DNA of 64,000 bases from an uncultured Acidobacteriota bacterium (lineage in GTDB: Bacteria; Acidobacteriota; Thermoanaerobaculia; Multivoradales; UBA5704), in the NCBI GenBank assembly GCA_963700145.1, contig OY969474.1:896001-960000 (forward strand), given 5' to 3'. A program made the translations under genes and the position numbers. This document shows, piece by piece, positions 62,117 to 64,000 of the stretch (positions are counted from its first letter, which is position 1; every line of letters begins with the position of its first letter). Below the pieces are notes generated by a model that worked only from the letters and a program-made list of their open reading frames with translations, was not told the origin of the DNA and did no database searches.

Positions 62117-64000
62117 CTAGCCGCCCGCGGTGCCGATCGGCTCGAGGGTCGCGAGGATGCGCTCGCGCCGCTCCTTCATCTCCGCGAGGCGGGCGCGGTT
62201 GCCCGCGACGACCTGCGGCGGCGCCTTGGCGGTGAAGCCTTCGTCCCCGAGCCGCCGCTCGGCCTGGCCGATCGCCTCCTCGAGCTTCTCCAGCTCTTTT
62301 TCGAGGCGCCGGCGCTCCTCCTCGCCCAGCTCCTGCGCCGCCGCGCGCGGCAGCGCCACGCCGACGGCCACCCCCTCGACGAGGTCCTGGCGGGCGTCCG
62401 GCGGTGGCGGCGCGAGGTGCAGCGCCTCGGCGCGGCAGAGGAAGCGGATGAGCGGCGCCTGCTCGGCCAGGAAGCGGTCGGTCTCCGGGCCTTTCGTCGC
62501 CCAGACCGCGACCTCCGCCTTGGCCGGCATCCCGCTCTCCGCCCGCAACGCCCGCACCCGCGTTACGACGTCGATCAACGTCCCCACCTGCTCTTCCACC
62601 TCGTCGTCTTCCCACTCCGCCTCGCGGCCCGGATACGGCGCCAGGACGATCGTCTCGGGATGGATGCGCTCGTGCCCCGGCAGGCGCTGCCAGAGCTCCT
62701 CGGTCAGAAACGGCATCACCGGATGGAGGAGGCGGAAGCTGCGGTCGAGGACGGTGAGCAGCACCTCCCCGACGCGCGGCCGCGGCGCCTCCCCGAAGAG
62801 CGCCGGCTTCGCCAGCTCGATGTACCAGTCGCAGAGCTCGCCCCAGAAGAAGTGGTAGAGACGGTGGCAGGCCTCGTCGAAGCGGAAGGTCTCGAGCTTT
62901 TCCCCCACCTCGGCGGCGGTGCGCGAGAGGCGCGACAGGATCCAGCGCTCGGGCACGGCGAGGCCGGCGGTGTCGAGCGCCGGCTGCACCTCCGCCCCTT
63001 CGAGGCGCGAGAGGGCGAAGCGGGTGGCGTTCCAGATCTTGTTGCCGAAGGCACGGTAGCCGGCCATCTGCTCGCGGTGGATCGGGACGTCGCGGCCGGG
63101 GCTGTCGAGCGAAGCGAGGGTGAAGCGGACGGCGTCGGCGCCGTACTCCTCGACCAGGTCCTCGGGGTCGATCACGTTGCCCTTGGTCTTCGACATCTTG
63201 ACGCCTTCGGCGTCGCGCACCAACCCGGTCAGGTGCACGGTGTGGAAGGGGACCCGGTCGGTGAGCTGGAGGCCCATCATCACCATCCGCGCCACCCAGA
63301 AGAACAGGATGTCGAAGCCGGTCACCAGGACGTCCGTCGGGTAGAAGGTGCGGAGATCTTCGGTCTCCTCCGGCCAGCCGAGGGTCGAGAACGGCCAGAG
63401 GGCGGAGGAGAACCAGGTGTCGAGGACGTCGGGGTCCTGGGTCAGCCGCTCGGGCGTGGTCCCGGCCAGCGCCGCCGCCTCCTCGACGTCGTGCGCCACC
63501 CAGACGCGCCCCTCCTCGTCGTACCAGGCCGGGATCTGGTGGCCCCACCAGAGCTGGCGCGAGATGCACCAGGGGCGGATCCCCTCCAGCCAGTGCTCCC
63601 AGGTCTTCTCCCAGGAGTCCGGGACGAGCCGCAAGTCGCCGCCGCGCGTCGCGCCGAGCGCCCGCGCCGCCATCCCGGAGACGTCGCAGAACCACTGCGT
63701 CGAGACCAGCGGCTCGATCGGCTCGCCGCCGCGCTGGCTGTGGCCGACGTTGTGGACGTGGTCCTCGACCTTGACCAGGAGCCCTTCCTCGACCAGGCGC
63801 TTGACCACGCCCTCGCGCGCCTCGAAGCGGTCGCGGCCGGCGAACTCCGCGCCCGCCTCGGGGCTCATGCGGCCGTGGCGGTCGATGACCGTCACGCCGG
63901 GCAGCCCGTGGCGGCGCGCCAGCTCGAAGTCGAACGGGTCGTGGAACGGCGTCACCTTGACCAGACCGCTGCCGAACTCCGGGTCCACCGCCGGGTCGGG
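62117..64000 (-). CDS. valS: Valyl-tRNA synthetase, 3' part (5' end outside the window)
   Basis: WCISRQLWWGH, DVLDTWFSS, DILFFWVARM, KMSKTKGN, C-terminal coiled coil. Confidence 0.97.
   Translation of the reverse strand, partial: PDPAVDPEFGSGLVKVTPFHDPFDFELARRHGLPGVTVIDRHGRMSPEAGAEFAGRDRFEAREGVVKRLVEEGLLVKVEDHVHNVGHSQRGGEPIEPLVSTQWFCDVSGMAARALGATRGGDLRLVPDSWEKTWEHWLEGIRPWCISRQLWWGHQIPAWYDEEGRVWVAHDVEEAAALAGTTPERLTQDPDVLDTWFSSALWPFSTLGWPEETEDLRTFYPTDVLVTGFDILFFWVARMVMMGLQLTDRVPFHTVHLTGLVRDAEGVKMSKTKGNVIDPEDLVEEYGADAVRFTLASLDSPGRDVPIHREQMAGYRAFGNKIWNATRFALSRLEGAEVQPALDTAGLAVPERWILSRLSRTAAEVGEKLETFRFDEACHRLYHFFWGELCDWYIELAKPALFGEAPRPRVGEVLLTVLDRSFRLLHPVMPFLTEELWQRLPGHERIHPETIVLAPYPGREAEWEDDEVEEQVGTLIDVVTRVRALRAESGMPAKAEVAVWATKGPETDRFLAEQAPLIRFLCRAEALHLAPPPPDARQDLVEGVAVGVALPRAAAQELGEEERRRLEKELEKLEEAIGQAERRLGDEGFTAKAPPQVVAGNRARLAEMKERRERILATLEPIGTAGG

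Overview
High-GC bacterial chromosomal window; gene content and repeat style suggest Acidobacteriota, possibly Thermoanaerobaculia (inference). Housekeeping genes: der, tRNA-Leu(CAG), a nuoA-E-F-G-H-J-K-L-M-N-rex operon lacking nuoB/C/D/I, rsmD, a DHH-CBS tRNA nucleotidyltransferase, dnaE, pgsA-like, hfq, miaA, comEC, coaX, birA and the 3' part of valS. Accessory blocks: (1) a tightly coupled four-gene operon (membrane SRPBCC protein, HemN-like radical SAM, ABC1/UbiB kinase, HxxxDG acyltransferase) resembling an uncharacterised lipid/quinone tailoring pathway; (2) fitA/vapC, a 10-Cys small secreted protein and, after tRNA-Leu, a membrane-anchored TPR-CHAT protease coupled to an unknown partner; (3) a defence-like islet with an AbrB-type gene, a TIR-NB-ARC-WD40 NLR-like gene split by an IS256 element (9-bp TSD, reading frame restored on excision), hicBA and KTSC; (4) an ABC system whose binding protein has both a membrane anchor and an OmpA peptidoglycan-binding domain. 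Non-coding structure: a Rex box and likely CTG start at nuoA, a REP-like palindrome family (one pair brackets comEC, one arm is translated inside a gene), two degenerate 21-bp arrays and several leaderless-type promoters. No CRISPR array. All calls come from motif reading by eye; no database searches were run.
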